Positions 18,329 to 27,867 of a stretch of DNA of 64,000 nt are shown here, piece after piece; the first letter of the stretch is position 1; each line of letters begins with the position of its first letter. The position numbers and the translations under genes are program-made. This stretch comes from a virus, in the IMG/VR virus record IMGVR_UViG_3300048924_000151, positions 3,285 to 67,284 of that record; one strand, 5' to 3'. Below the pieces are notes generated by a model. It did no database searches, was not told the DNA's origin, and was given only the letters and a program-made list of their open reading frames with translations.

Positions 18329-19095
18329 TTGATAGTATCCTTCTCCCTGCACGTCTCGCCCATCGCAGCGTTGCAATGCAGGCATTCGCCATTGGTAGCG
18401 ATGCCGCCGCCTTCGCAGCGCTTATCGGTCGGCGGGGGCGGGTTCTCAACTTCCATCGTGCCGTCGCCGTCGCAGAACTGCTTAAGGGCTATCTTGCCTT
18501 CACCGCCGCACGTCGGGCATGCCGGACCTTGATAGTCGCCGCAAGCGTTCGCATCGTTGCACGTCGGGCAGATAACCATGTACTTATCGCCAGAGCTATC
18601 ATCAGGCAGAGAATTGCCATGCGTATCGGTCCAGACCGACTTCATTTCGATATCGATCGATGTATCATCTTCGCGAATGATATTCAGCATGCCTTCAATC
18701 GACTTCGACCATTGATAGCAGACCGCCGCCGTACTGATAGTGTGATGCCGTGCCTTGTCCATGTCGCCCTGCTTAAAGGATGCAAGGCATTTGCCCGCGA
18801 GATAGCCGACGAGCCAGAACCAGTCCTCAGGCGTCTTCGCCGCGTCCTGCGCAGCGGGCCAGCGTTCGCTCTGATGCGCGGCTTCTATTACAACCGCCTT
18901 CGTCCATTCTTCTTTGCTGGGCGAGTTGATAAGATCGCGCAAGCGTTGTATCTCATCAGCCGCTTCATGCGCGAGCGTATCATGCTCGCGAAGCTTCTTG
19001 TCGCGAAGGCGAACTACCAAATCAGCAAGTTCATGTTTCATATCAATCGATCCATCGTTGTTCGCGAGCATACACAGTGATAGCACGAATGACAT
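18325..19095 (-). CDS. Hypothetical protein with C-terminal DnaJ-like Zn-finger motifs
   Basis: CPTC...CPTCGGEG, CDGDG, CEGGG. Confidence 0.6.
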   Translation of the reverse strand: MSFVLSLCMLANNDGSIDMKHELADLVVRLRDKKLREHDTLAHEAADEIQRLRDLINSPSKEEWTKAVVIEAAHQSERWPAAQDAAKTPEDWFWLVGYLAGKCLASFKQGDMDKARHHTISTAAVCYQWSKSIEGMLNIIREDDTSIDIEMKSVWTDTHGNSLPDDSSGDKYMVICPTCNDANACGDYQGPACPTCGGEGKIALKQFCDGDGTMEVENPPPPTDKRCEGGGIATNGECLHCNAAMGETCREKDTIK

Positions 19096-19623
19096 TTGCC
19101 ACCCGCTCAGCGAAGTCGTCTTTCTCGGGACTATACTGCGACCCGGCCTGAAACGAATACTGGCCTACATCAAGCTTCACGCGCGCCATCGGAATGCCGT
19201 CGTCAGTAACAGCAGGCCATGCAGTCCAGACCGGCTTTGCTTTTGGTAGTGCCATAGTATCAATCCTTTCGCGGCGGTCGCGGACACATCCGCGCATCTA
19301 TCTCTTTGAACGCTTCCCAGAGTGCAGCGCGCCAAGGCTTTGTTACCTCTAGCACGTCTTCTGGTAGCATCTGCTTCGCGTCGGATGTTAGCATGCTACG
19401 GAAAGCCGTGCAAAGGTCTTCGTTCGTTGGGCGGGTCATGGAACTTTTCTTTCGTTCCCTTCCTCAGCCCATGCTATCAAAACACTTTCTGATAGTTCTG
19501 CAATTCGATTGACCGCAAAGTCTCCATCGCCATCTCTGCGATACTTTTCTAGCACATCACGAATTGCACTTCGATATGTGCTGGTATGTAACGGTTCAGT
19601 GCCGATGTATATTGTTTTAATCG

Positions 19624-20097
19624 TCATTCGTGCAATTCCCCGGCCTGAACTGCTGCATTGATTTTCGCTTTGATAGCTGCGTCGGGATCGAACGGCGCAT
19701 CAAAGAAGCTCTCCAGCATGCCGAGCGTATTGAAGCGAGTGCGCAGGACTGTGATACCAGTCGAATCGCTGATACAGTCGACCCCCCGGCTGTACCAGAG
19801 CTTCGTTGTACCAATCTCACCGCCGATGACGTGTACGTGAATGCGCTGCGCTGCGCACTGGCGGATGACTTGCTTCTGGCCGGGGCGAAGGTGGACGCGC
19901 AGGCCGAGGATTGTGGGCCTTGTATCAATCATCAGTTCGCCACGCTTCAACTCGCACAGATAGAAATGCTCACGGTACATGATAGTAAAGTCGGGGTAGC
20001 CGTCTGTGCCGCCCTTCGCCGATTCGACCGTCATCAACCGTGCAGGGCCGACCATCTTGCGGACCATGTCGCGTACATCGGATTCAAGCTTAATCAT
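19624..20097 (-). CDS. VRR-NUC / PD-(D/E)XK endonuclease (Holliday junction resolvase-like)
   Basis: LESD...GYPD...CELK...LRPGQ. Confidence 0.8.
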   Translation of the reverse strand: MIKLESDVRDMVRKMVGPARLMTVESAKGGTDGYPDFTIMYREHFYLCELKRGELMIDTRPTILGLRVHLRPGQKQVIRQCAAQRIHVHVIGGEIGTTKLWYSRGVDCISDSTGITVLRTRFNTLGMLESFFDAPFDPDAAIKAKINAAVQAGELHE

Positions 20098-20201
20098 TGT
20101 CGTCTTTCTTTTGATACCAGCAGTTGCATTCGAAAGCGTTACACTTCGGATCGGTACATGAAGGCGGTGGCGCCATCCTGCGGATATCGTTGATCTGATC
20201 T

Positions 20202-20795
20202 TTAAGCAGTACGCGACCGTCCACCGTTCGATCCTTCCACAAAGGCCTCTCTTACCGCATCCGCGCTTGCATCCGGCGTGGCGATATCGACAGCGGTGGG
20301 GAGAAGGCCAGATTTTTCGGCGCACGCGACCATTTCCTGAGCCGCCGCCATGTCTCGCAAGTATCCATGAAGGAAGGACAGCCACAGCCTGCGATAATCC
20401 TTGCTCGCCTCGGCATGCAGCACGGCGACCCCGGCATCTGCGACGGGAGGGGTGGCGAGCCGCTTTGCCGCGTACATGAACCAGCGGTCGCCGCAGCTAT
20501 TGTAGCTTTCCCACATGCGCTTCGAGATATCGCTGTTTGAATAGCGCTCTAGGTCCATCAAGTCCGGCTGTCGTCCCACCGGCTCCGCGCCGGATGCCTT
20601 GGGCGCTGCGCGGAGGGCGGCTCGAAGCACTTTGGAGCGGCGGTCAATCTCCGCCTCGACAATCCCGATACCAATCTCTCGCTCGGACTGATTGTCGAAA
20701 CCACCGCGACCACGAATTTTATGGCGCTCGTCTGTGCACCACATGCTCAAAACCTCAAACTCTTCCGCCAGCTTCTGCTTGTCCTGCTCTATCAT
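20202..20795 (-). CDS. Hypothetical protein
   Basis: GAGG RBS, operon orientation. Confidence 0.55.
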   Translation of the reverse strand: MIEQDKQKLAEEFEVLSMWCTDERHKIRGRGGFDNQSEREIGIGIVEAEIDRRSKVLRAALRAAPKASGAEPVGRQPDLMDLERYSNSDISKRMWESYNSCGDRWFMYAAKRLATPPVADAGVAVLHAEASKDYRRLWLSFLHGYLRDMAAAQEMVACAEKSGLLPTAVDIATPDASADAVREAFVEGSNGGRSRTA

Positions 20796-21011
20796 CGTCG
20801 TTCCTCTCTCTGTTGTCTGTCCTCGGCGCATCGTCGCGCCGATGCTTCATAGTCCGGGCTCCACGACGACGGCCGCAAGCATCCGGCAAACCCTCGCTCG
20901 CCCAAAGTCGCTTCAACACGGCCCGTCGTCTGCGAGCCTTGGCTTCCTCCACCGACGCCATATGCCATTGCAACGATGATACCAATAGTCAGCCAAAAGA
21001 ATATCTGCATT

Positions 21012-21233
21012 CTACCTCTCCATCTCCGCAGCAAGCTTCTCAGCTTCCTGCTGTAGATATGCCATCGTCAAAGCTATAACGGCCTTAGTCGCTACCGCTG
21101 TATCGATGTCACCAGCGAGAGCGACAACCCTATCGGTCATCTTCTCCCACGATGTACGGCTTTCAGCGATGTACTGATCAACGATACGCCGACCAGCAGC
21201 CTCCGCCAAATCGAATGGTAGTTTGGTGCTCAT
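21012..21233 (-). CDS. Hypothetical protein
   Basis: ATGA overlap with upstream gene. Confidence 0.55.
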   Translation of the reverse strand: MSTKLPFDLAEAAGRRIVDQYIAESRTSWEKMTDRVVALAGDIDTAVATKAVIALTMAYLQQEAEKLAAEMER

Positions 21234-21673
21234 GACTTGCGACCTTTCACGACGTTAGGGTTCTGACGCAAACGATGATATGCACACCCCCCGCCGTCCC
21301 TAGGTTCGACGCGGCCCGGCTTCGGCGGAGTATAGTTGCGCACCGATGCAGGTAAAGCAACAACGGGGATTTCAGCAAGGCAGTTGTATGTGTGCGTTGC
21401 TCGCGGACGACGCACTCCATCGCTGTCCAATGGTACATCGAGAAAGCGGCAAGTGCGGCACCATTCAACGGGTTTTGTAGTCATGGGATCGGCCAACCAA
21501 CGCCACTCGTCTCCATCGTCGTCAACCCAACGTGCCACAGGGGCGATGGAGGCGATTGTTTCGTCCTCCGCGTACTGATACCAGTGATCGGGGTCGCAGT
21601 GGGCATGACACGATGTCACGGTGACGGCCACGACGAACGCGAGGAGGAAGGTGATCGACAGGGTGCGGATCAT
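21230..21673 (-). CDS. Hypothetical protein with N-terminal signal/TM
   Basis: MIRTLSITFLLAFVVAVTVTSC. Confidence 0.55.
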   Translation of the reverse strand: MIRTLSITFLLAFVVAVTVTSCHAHCDPDHWYQYAEDETIASIAPVARWVDDDGDEWRWLADPMTTKPVEWCRTCRFLDVPLDSDGVRRPRATHTYNCLAEIPVVALPASVRNYTPPKPGRVEPRDGGGCAYHRLRQNPNVVKGRKS

Positions 21674-22170
21674 GACGCGGCCTGCTTCTGCATGGCGCGC
21701 TTCGCGGCGTCGCGGAGCGCGCAGAGGCTATTGAATTGCACGCTGTCGGGCTCGCGATGTGCGGCGGCATTGGCGTCCTGGAAGATCGCGTACAACGTCG
21801 CGTGGCTGAGCCTTGTCAAAAGGTCGTCGGAATAGGTCATCGTTCTGCTCCTGTCGCGAAATGCGACGACCCGATTATGGGAACGTCGCGGTGATGGTGT
21901 CAAGCAACGCCTATGTGTATGAAACTTCGCCAGCGCTTCCGCGTCGGCAGGGAATAACTCTTTGGCACGTTCAAAAGCTACATCGGTGATGTACCAATGC
22001 GATTTGCCATATCTGCCGCTGGGCATGTACCAAGACGCATAACCGACTCGCTCCAGCGCTTTCATCGTGCGGTCGTCGCGGTCGGAATAGACGAACCGGC
22101 CACCCGCACCGTCGAAGCGCAGCGAATTTCGGAGCGTTGACTTTTGCACAGGAGTAAGTCTGATATTCAT
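21670..22170 (-). CDS. Hypothetical protein; contains a nested in-frame gene 21670..21840
   Basis: ORF track plus internal promoter, AGGAG RBS and ATG at 21840. Confidence 0.5.
   Translation of the reverse strand: MNIRLTPVQKSTLRNSLRFDGAGGRFVYSDRDDRTMKALERVGYASWYMPSGRYGKSHWYITDVAFERAKELFPADAEALAKFHTHRRCLTPSPRRSHNRVVAFRDRSRTMTYSDDLLTRLSHATLYAIFQDANAAAHREPDSVQFNSLCALRDAAKRAMQKQAAS
21874..21903 (-). promoter_or_regulatory. Sigma70-type promoter
   Basis: TTGACA-N18-CATAAT on minus strand. Confidence 0.7.
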
Positions 22171-22240
22171 TGGCGGTTCTTTCTCAACGTTTTGATAGTC
22201 GTCGCGTTCGGTTCGAAGTGATAGTACGAAACACCGGGGT

Positions 22241-22560
22241 CTAAGGCTTAAGGGCTAAACTGTGGGGCTAAACTGCCGCACGGTATAGATAGCCGTAGAA
22301 ACCGCCCCCTAGGTGCCTTTCTAGGCCCTCTTTTCTCTCTTTTCTCCTATCTAATAATATAGAGATAAAAAGGACTATTAGTCCCTATTCACGAAAAGCG
22401 CAGCAATTACAGATACATACGATAGGGCTAACCTGGGGCTAAGTTCAAGGGCTAAATTTCCTCGTTTTTCGTTTAGCCCCACTACCTCTCCGGCAGGGGC
22501 TAAACTCGCAAAGGCTAGAAATCGCGTTTAGCCCCTACTTAGCCCCACGTTTAGCCCCAG
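22241..22560. repeat. Putative replication origin: GGGCTAA iteron cluster around an AT-rich tract
   Basis: 6 forward and 4 reverse (G)GGGCTAA copies; noncoding; directly downstream of primase-helicase. Confidence 0.7.
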
Positions 22561-22564
22561 CATT

Positions 22565-25132
22565 TTACATCGGTTCCCCGTCGTTCGCGGTCCCCGGTTC
22601 GAAGCCCTCTCCGCTCGCAGGAACGTCATCGAGCACCGCTATGTAGTTTTCTAGTGTCTTCGTATAGTGCCGCAGAACCTTGTTCCTTACAGCGTTCTCC
22701 GCGTCCCTATGGCGTTCGGCAATCTCCCTACCGGCCTCGTTATATAGTACCAACGAGCTATTCCCCTTGGTCTTGATCTGCTCCCAGTGGCGAGCAAGAC
22801 CCGCATTCTCGATGATAGCATTTAAGGCGCGTGCGCTGATGCCTTTCTTGTTAGCAGATTGAACTACCAACTCGTCATGCAGCATGGTAGTGTTGATAAC
22901 AACCGGCATCGTTTGCGCCAGCGCCCACTTCGCAAAGTTCGTAACCATATCTTCCTGAGGAGATATGTTTTCTCTCATAACCTCGCGCTTGCGTTTCGTA
23001 AAAGGCGCGTTACTACCCGAGTTCCAGTAGTCTCCGAAGTTCTGCGCTGCATACATAATAGCCTCATAGCCGCACTTGTTATCAAGCCAATCGGCGAATG
23101 CGGTGAACTTATCCATGCGCTGCGCAGCCGGACAGCGACATTCGGGCGGACACTTGCCTATCACTTCCTCGCAAGCAAAGCACCGCTTAGGAGGCGTCTG
23201 GAGCAGGCTAGGGATAAACCAGCGCCTATCCGTGCCGGAGAATTTCATCGCGTCGGTATGGTTGCTTGCCGCCCAGACTTGTGCGGGTGTCGGCATGAAG
23301 ACCGGGTTGCCGTTCTTAACTACCACGGATTGCTCCGACTGCGTGACCGAACTCTTTAAGGCGTCGGCAGTTGCGAAGCGGTGATCTTCACTCCACAACT
23401 CGTCAATACCAACGAACTTTGCATTCGCTAGGTAGCCGTTGTACGGTGTATTGATAATCTTGACGCTTGGGAAGCTACAGTTGCGGAAACCGACTAGAGG
23501 GGGGATCACTTTATTAATCATGAAGCTTTTGCCGCCGCCTTCGTACACCGATAAAAGCAGCACGCCAAACGGCACCTTAATCTCAGGTCTAGCTATTAAG
23601 GTGAATAGCGACTTCTTCAAATTGTATCGGTCTTCGGCATCGATGCAGAGGAATTCTAGATACTCATCGAAAATGTCGATCGGTAGTTCGATCGGTCGGA
23701 CCTTTGATGGCTTATACACGTTCAGATAGTCGCCGCCGTTCCACTCTACAATACCAAACGGATGACCCGGTAGCGATGCTTTAGCAACAGCATGCATCTC
23801 CCCATGCTTCGCGAACAAATCCGCAATCCGTCCGCTGCTAAAGCACCGATTGCTCAGATACCGATTCAGTGCCGGGGCTTCTTTTTCTTCTTCCGGCCGA
23901 TGTATATGAACAAACTTATCCTGCGACGTCAGATAGCAAACCTGATTGCGCGCGTGTTCCTTCAAAATCTCTACTGGCTTAAAGTCCGCAATCTGCTGCG
24001 GCGTCATCCCCTTATGAGGCTTGCTCATCTCCGTCATAAAGGTTACATCGGTCAGCAGGTCTTCCAGCAGCGGCCCTTTATAGATGCGCTTGCCTCCGAC
24101 TTCGATGTATAGGCTGTCCGGCATCGGGTCTTTCATGTCGTAAGACGCCGGGAAACGCTTAAGGGGATCGAGGTTCCAGTTCAGGATGAAGGTCGGCGCG
24201 TCGATGCGCCGGGCGATATTGCGCATGTACTTAAGGCCGATGTCGTCGTTGTCGGCGGCGCAGATGACGCGCTTAAACTTCTTGGAGTTTATCTGGTCTA
24301 CGTCTACGGCGTAGGGGTTAACCGCACCGCCCATGCACCCTAGATGGAAGACGCCGAATAGTTCGCCTGCGAGGCCGTTCTGCTCGCGCAAGGTATCGCC
24401 GCTGCTGTCGATATCGTTGCTCATCTTATGCGCATGCCGGGCCTTTGCAGCGCCCTCATGTATCATAAGCGTATCCTGCCCCGCATAATTCTCCCAACCC
24501 CACTGCGGCAACCCTTCGTCGGGATATCCCTGCTGCCATGTGCCGTCTGAATACGGGCTGAACTGCACATACTTCTTGTTCTTCCCTTCCTCATATTCCC
24601 CATAGGGGTCTTCGATGAAGGTCTTAAACTCGACCATGCACACCTTGCGCTCTGCGGTGCGAAAGATCGTGATATCAGACTTCGGGATATCCATAACCCA
24701 TTTCGGGAAGACGCCCCCCTGCCGGATATCTAGGAAGCCAGCGCCATCGACTACGCTTTCGTTGCCGCTCTTATCGCGGGTCTTGGCGTTCCAGATATCA
24801 TCTTTATGGATCGTATGAGGAAAGATAAGCAGCGAGAATTCTGCGCGGATTGCCTGCGCTTCGAATGCGTCGGGCAGGTATTGCGAGTTGTTCTCATTCT
24901 CTATCGCGTGGCCATTGGCGGCGAAGCGTATAATTGTATTGGAGGCTACACCTTCGTAACCGTCCGGACGCTGCACGGCTTTAATGCGCCATGTGCGAGG
25001 GCCTACGCGGTCGGCTCCAATTCGTTCGGCCCATCCGTTCGCCGCAGGCGTAGACCCAGGACCAGTATAATTCAAGCGCGGCAAGTCGGGGGGCGCGCTG
25101 GCGGGGAGTGCGGAAGATTTAGCCTTCGCCAT
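22565..25132 (-). CDS. DNA primase-helicase (TOPRIM-like plus SF3/D5-like helicase)
   Basis: IHEG...ADNDDIG TOPRIM; Walker A EGGGKS; IDE Walker B; ASNH...DRRW. Confidence 0.85.
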   Translation of the reverse strand: MAKAKSSALPASAPPDLPRLNYTGPGSTPAANGWAERIGADRVGPRTWRIKAVQRPDGYEGVASNTIIRFAANGHAIENENNSQYLPDAFEAQAIRAEFSLLIFPHTIHKDDIWNAKTRDKSGNESVVDGAGFLDIRQGGVFPKWVMDIPKSDITIFRTAERKVCMVEFKTFIEDPYGEYEEGKNKKYVQFSPYSDGTWQQGYPDEGLPQWGWENYAGQDTLMIHEGAAKARHAHKMSNDIDSSGDTLREQNGLAGELFGVFHLGCMGGAVNPYAVDVDQINSKKFKRVICAADNDDIGLKYMRNIARRIDAPTFILNWNLDPLKRFPASYDMKDPMPDSLYIEVGGKRIYKGPLLEDLLTDVTFMTEMSKPHKGMTPQQIADFKPVEILKEHARNQVCYLTSQDKFVHIHRPEEEKEAPALNRYLSNRCFSSGRIADLFAKHGEMHAVAKASLPGHPFGIVEWNGGDYLNVYKPSKVRPIELPIDIFDEYLEFLCIDAEDRYNLKKSLFTLIARPEIKVPFGVLLLSVYEGGGKSFMINKVIPPLVGFRNCSFPSVKIINTPYNGYLANAKFVGIDELWSEDHRFATADALKSSVTQSEQSVVVKNGNPVFMPTPAQVWAASNHTDAMKFSGTDRRWFIPSLLQTPPKRCFACEEVIGKCPPECRCPAAQRMDKFTAFADWLDNKCGYEAIMYAAQNFGDYWNSGSNAPFTKRKREVMRENISPQEDMVTNFAKWALAQTMPVVINTTMLHDELVVQSANKKGISARALNAIIENAGLARHWEQIKTKGNSSLVLYNEAGREIAERHRDAENAVRNKVLRHYTKTLENYIAVLDDVPASGEGFEPGTANDGEPM

Positions 25133-25134
25133 TA

Positions 25135-25578
25135 TTAGTTACCAGCTTTGTATTTTGTGGATTGAATAAGTTCATCGTGATAGCGTCCAGCTTCCGCGAT
25201 TTCTTCATCAAGAAGCCTGCGCGCCTTTTTAATGCGCCGTCCTGCATCTGCCTTTAGTAGGATGAGGCGGTTGTGGTAGTTACGGTGTGCGCGATTGCGC
25301 AGCGCCTCAAGATCACCTTCGAAATACTTTGCGGCGTTCGTCCGCAGTTCTTCCAGCGCTTCGTTCATTCGCCTCAACGCCTTCGCAGCGGAGGCAGAGA
25401 ATTTGGCATCGCTATCTTCAATGCGCGCTTCGTACACAACGTAAGCGTCAGCGGACCGTAGCCGAATTCGCATTTCGCGAAACTGTGCATCGGACGGCTT
25501 CGTTATGCCTTCCTCAGCGAACGCCGCACAGATGCGCGCGAATTCCTTGCGTTCGTCTTCTTCATCGAACCGGTTCAC
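25135..25578 (-). CDS. Hypothetical coiled-coil protein
   Basis: ORF coupled to primase gene. Confidence 0.6.
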   Translation of the reverse strand: MNRFDEEDERKEFARICAAFAEEGITKPSDAQFREMRIRLRSADAYVVYEARIEDSDAKFSASAAKALRRMNEALEELRTNAAKYFEGDLEALRNRAHRNYHNRLILLKADAGRRIKKARRLLDEEIAEAGRYHDELIQSTKYKAGN

Positions 25579-25811
25579 TTGAACCTCTCAGCGAAATATT
25601 CGCCGCAGATTTTCATCGCGGTCAAGTAACACTTCGCTCTAGTTCTAACATCCTCCGGCTGCACCTTAGCACACAGGGATCGGACTAAAATTGGCGAGAC
25701 TTCCTCGCCTGATGTTTTCTTTAGGATATGTGCGATGTATTGTTCAAGCATGGCTTTCCCGTTCGCTGTCTTAAGCGTTTTTGAATCCACTGCTAAGATT
25801 GAGACCCACAT
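25575..25811 (-). CDS. Hypothetical protein
   Basis: GTGA overlap with downstream gene. Confidence 0.5.
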   Translation of the reverse strand: MWVSILAVDSKTLKTANGKAMLEQYIAHILKKTSGEEVSPILVRSLCAKVQPEDVRTRAKCYLTAMKICGEYFAERFK

Positions 25812-25990
25812 CCTTAGCCTAGCAGCGCCCCGCGAAGGCTAGTCCGCATCCCTACCCGGCGCAGAATTGCCGGATAGGGACTAGGAGGGCTAGGCTAGGC
25901 GTGGGACCGCTAGGGTACGCCTTATATGCGGCGAAAGCGAGACCCTATATCTAGTAGGCTTATCAACGACTTAGCACTAGGTGGCCCGCT
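25812..25990. promoter_or_regulatory. Divergent control region, CTAG-rich imperfect hairpin
   Basis: Strand switch point; 8 CTAG in 162 bp; TCCCTACCCGGC/GCCGGATAGGGA inverted repeat. Confidence 0.5.
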
Positions 25991-26043
25991 CAACCCAGAA
26001 TTTGACGGATTAACCTCAGAAAGTGTTTCCTTTTCCCGTTGCG

Positions 26044-26093
26044 GTGGCGCTTTATATGCATACCGGAACGAACCGGAACGGAGCAAGACGATG
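26044..26093 (+). promoter_or_regulatory. Early promoter-stem-loop-RBS cassette, copy 1
   Basis: GTGGCGCTTTATATGCATACCGGAACGAACCGG + AACGGAG + ATG. Confidence 0.75.
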
Positions 26094-26423
26094 ACCGACG
26101 TTAAGACCGAATTGATGAATACCCTGCGTTCGAACATCGCGCTTTGCGCGGAATTGCAGAATTCGCTGGGTTACGTCCTTATTACCGATGATTGCAGCCT
26201 TTGCCTTATGGTCGATGGCAACCAGTACCGTCTCGCAGGCATTAAGTTTGCCCTTGCCTTCCAGACCCGCAAGACTGCCGAACGCATCCGCGACCTGTGG
26301 AACGCACAGCCGCAAGTGCAGACAACCCCGTCCACCCGTATCGACGTTCTTACGATGGAAGCCGCTGCAATCCGGACCGCAGAGCGGGCGCAGGAATTGC
26401 TGAGCATCTTGGAAGCCGCCTAA
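26091..26423 (+). CDS. Early hypothetical protein
   Basis: ATG after GGAG RBS of cassette. Confidence 0.7.
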   Translation: MTDVKTELMNTLRSNIALCAELQNSLGYVLITDDCSLCLMVDGNQYRLAGIKFALAFQTRKTAERIRDLWNAQPQVQTTPSTRIDVLTMEAAAIRTAERAQELLSILEAA

Positions 26424-26431
26424 GCCCCTCC

Positions 26432-26460
26432 GGCGCAGGGGCGATCCCCTGCGCCTTCCC
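26432..26460 (+). terminator. Hairpin after first early gene
   Basis: GGCGCAGGGG-CGAT-CCCCTGCGCC. Confidence 0.5.
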
Positions 26461-26485
26461 TGCCCTCGCACAAAGGACCACCGTC

Positions 26486-26929
26486 ATGCAGACCAAGCTT
26501 TTCCGTAAGACTGCCGCCGACCTTCTCCGCATGGTTATCCGCCGCGATGCGCGCGAGAAAGGGTTCCCCGGAACGAAGCGCCGCCGCATCTATCGCATGG
26601 CGTGCGAATACGCTGCGGAGGCTTCTGAGAATTGCAGCAATCCTGCCGAATACCGGATGTGGGGATTGGTCGAAACCTATTTGCACGATGCATGGACGAA
26701 AGCATGCATCCATGCGAACCGGGACACCGTTACCGTGCTGGCGTTCGCCTTCGAAGATCGCATTGAACGCATCAGGTTCAAGAACGCCGACGCGGCGCGC
26801 AACGCGGCAAAGTTCCGGTACGGTTCCGAAGTCCGCCAGATTTGGATTGAGCATACCGTCGCGGTTCCGTTCGTCCAGTGCGAACGCATACCGCAGGATT
26901 GCAGCGCACGGATGCTTAGGAGGGGTTAG
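26486..26929 (+). CDS. Early hypothetical protein
   Basis: AAAGGA RBS; MQTKLFRK. Confidence 0.65.
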   Translation: MQTKLFRKTAADLLRMVIRRDAREKGFPGTKRRRIYRMACEYAAEASENCSNPAEYRMWGLVETYLHDAWTKACIHANRDTVTVLAFAFEDRIERIRFKNADAARNAAKFRYGSEVRQIWIEHTVAVPFVQCERIPQDCSARMLRRG

Positions 26930-26932
26930 GCA

Positions 26933-26985
26933 GGCCGAAACGGGCAATTGCCCGTCGCAGCGTAAGGCGCTGCCTGACGATGGCC
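26933..26985 (+). ncRNA. Type II hammerhead ribozyme
   Basis: GGCC-GAAA-CGGGC(AATT)GCCCG-TC-GCAGCG(TAAGG)CGCTGC-CTGACGA-T-GGCC: complete core, three stems, GUC cleavage triplet 26954-26956. Confidence 0.88.
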
Positions 26986-27014
26986 GTCGGTTATCTAGCA
27001 TAGAGGTTATCGAA

Positions 27015-27419
27015 ATGTCCTATACCGATATCGCAACTGCGAACGGGATCACCATTCGCCATCTGCATTCGCCCGATAGGATGAAAACTTTCGGGTATCT
27101 TACCGGAAGGATTCAGCCGGACAATTCCCTCTCCGACGCAATTCCCCATGCCCATAGGCTCCAAGCAGAGCGCGCATTGGGATGCTATTCGGTCGTGGAC
27201 CGGATCAACGATTTTGAAATCCGCAAGCTTCGCGGCATCTCCGGCGTGCTGGGGTATGCGGCGGCTCATCCTGACGGGACCACGGTTTACCACTCTACAC
27301 TTCTCGCCGCACGGCAGGCGGCAGGCTGGAAGCCGGTTCCGAGCAAGTCGCTGACTTTGCCCAAGACCGCATATATCCAGAATACGCCCGGCTATCGCGC
27401 GGACGCGCAGCGAAAATGA
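27015..27419 (+). CDS. Early hypothetical protein
   Basis: GAGG RBS; MSYTDIAT. Confidence 0.65.
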   Translation: MSYTDIATANGITIRHLHSPDRMKTFGYLTGRIQPDNSLSDAIPHAHRLQAERALGCYSVVDRINDFEIRKLRGISGVLGYAAAHPDGTTVYHSTLLAARQAAGWKPVPSKSLTLPKTAYIQNTPGYRADAQRK

Positions 27420-27634
27420 AGAAGGGAAGCGGCAAGTTCCCTAAGACCAACGAGGGGGGTGGACTGACTTCCGCCCCCTCTACGGAACCGGAGGAAACGG
27501 TTCAGCAGCGCATCGCCCGCCAGCGCGCCGCACGGGAAGCGCGGGACGGTAGCCCCGAAGAAATCCGGGTGGCTAAAAAGGATTTCTGGAAGACCAACGA
27601 AGGGATGAAGAAGTTTTGGCCGCGTAGCCGCTAG
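27416..27634 (+). CDS. Small basic hypothetical protein
   Basis: ATGA overlap. Confidence 0.55.
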   Translation: MKKGSGKFPKTNEGGGLTSAPSTEPEETVQQRIARQRAAREARDGSPEEIRVAKKDFWKTNEGMKKFWPRSR

Positions 27635-27647
27635 ATCGCCCTAGGAA

Positions 27648-27802
27648 GGCCGCAGGCGCGTTTTACCCCGGAGAGGCATCTTAGATCATCTTTCGGAAAA
27701 TAACGCGCCTGCGGCCATTTCACAGATTTTACTATCATAACTACACTTTCTGGGTTTACTTACCCAAATTGGCCATGCTAAGATAGGGCGATGCCTAACT
27801 GA
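27648..27802 (+). repeat. Hairpin-promoter-minigene element, copy A
   Basis: 15-bp perfect IR with 39-nt spacer; TTTACT-N18-TAAGAT with extended TG; ATGCCTAACTGA. Confidence 0.7.
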
Positions 27803-27867
27803 CAAGAATGCCTTCCTACAGATAAGTGATTAATTGCCTCAGATTTTTGTACCCGGTTCGATGCAAA

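Noticed and set aside
18028-19080. 350-aa plus-strand ORF
   Set aside because: Antisense shadow of coupled minus-strand genes; no motifs
22241-22560. Repeat cluster as a CRISPR array
   Set aside because: Repeats are 7-10 bp, in both orientations, irregularly spaced; no cas genes
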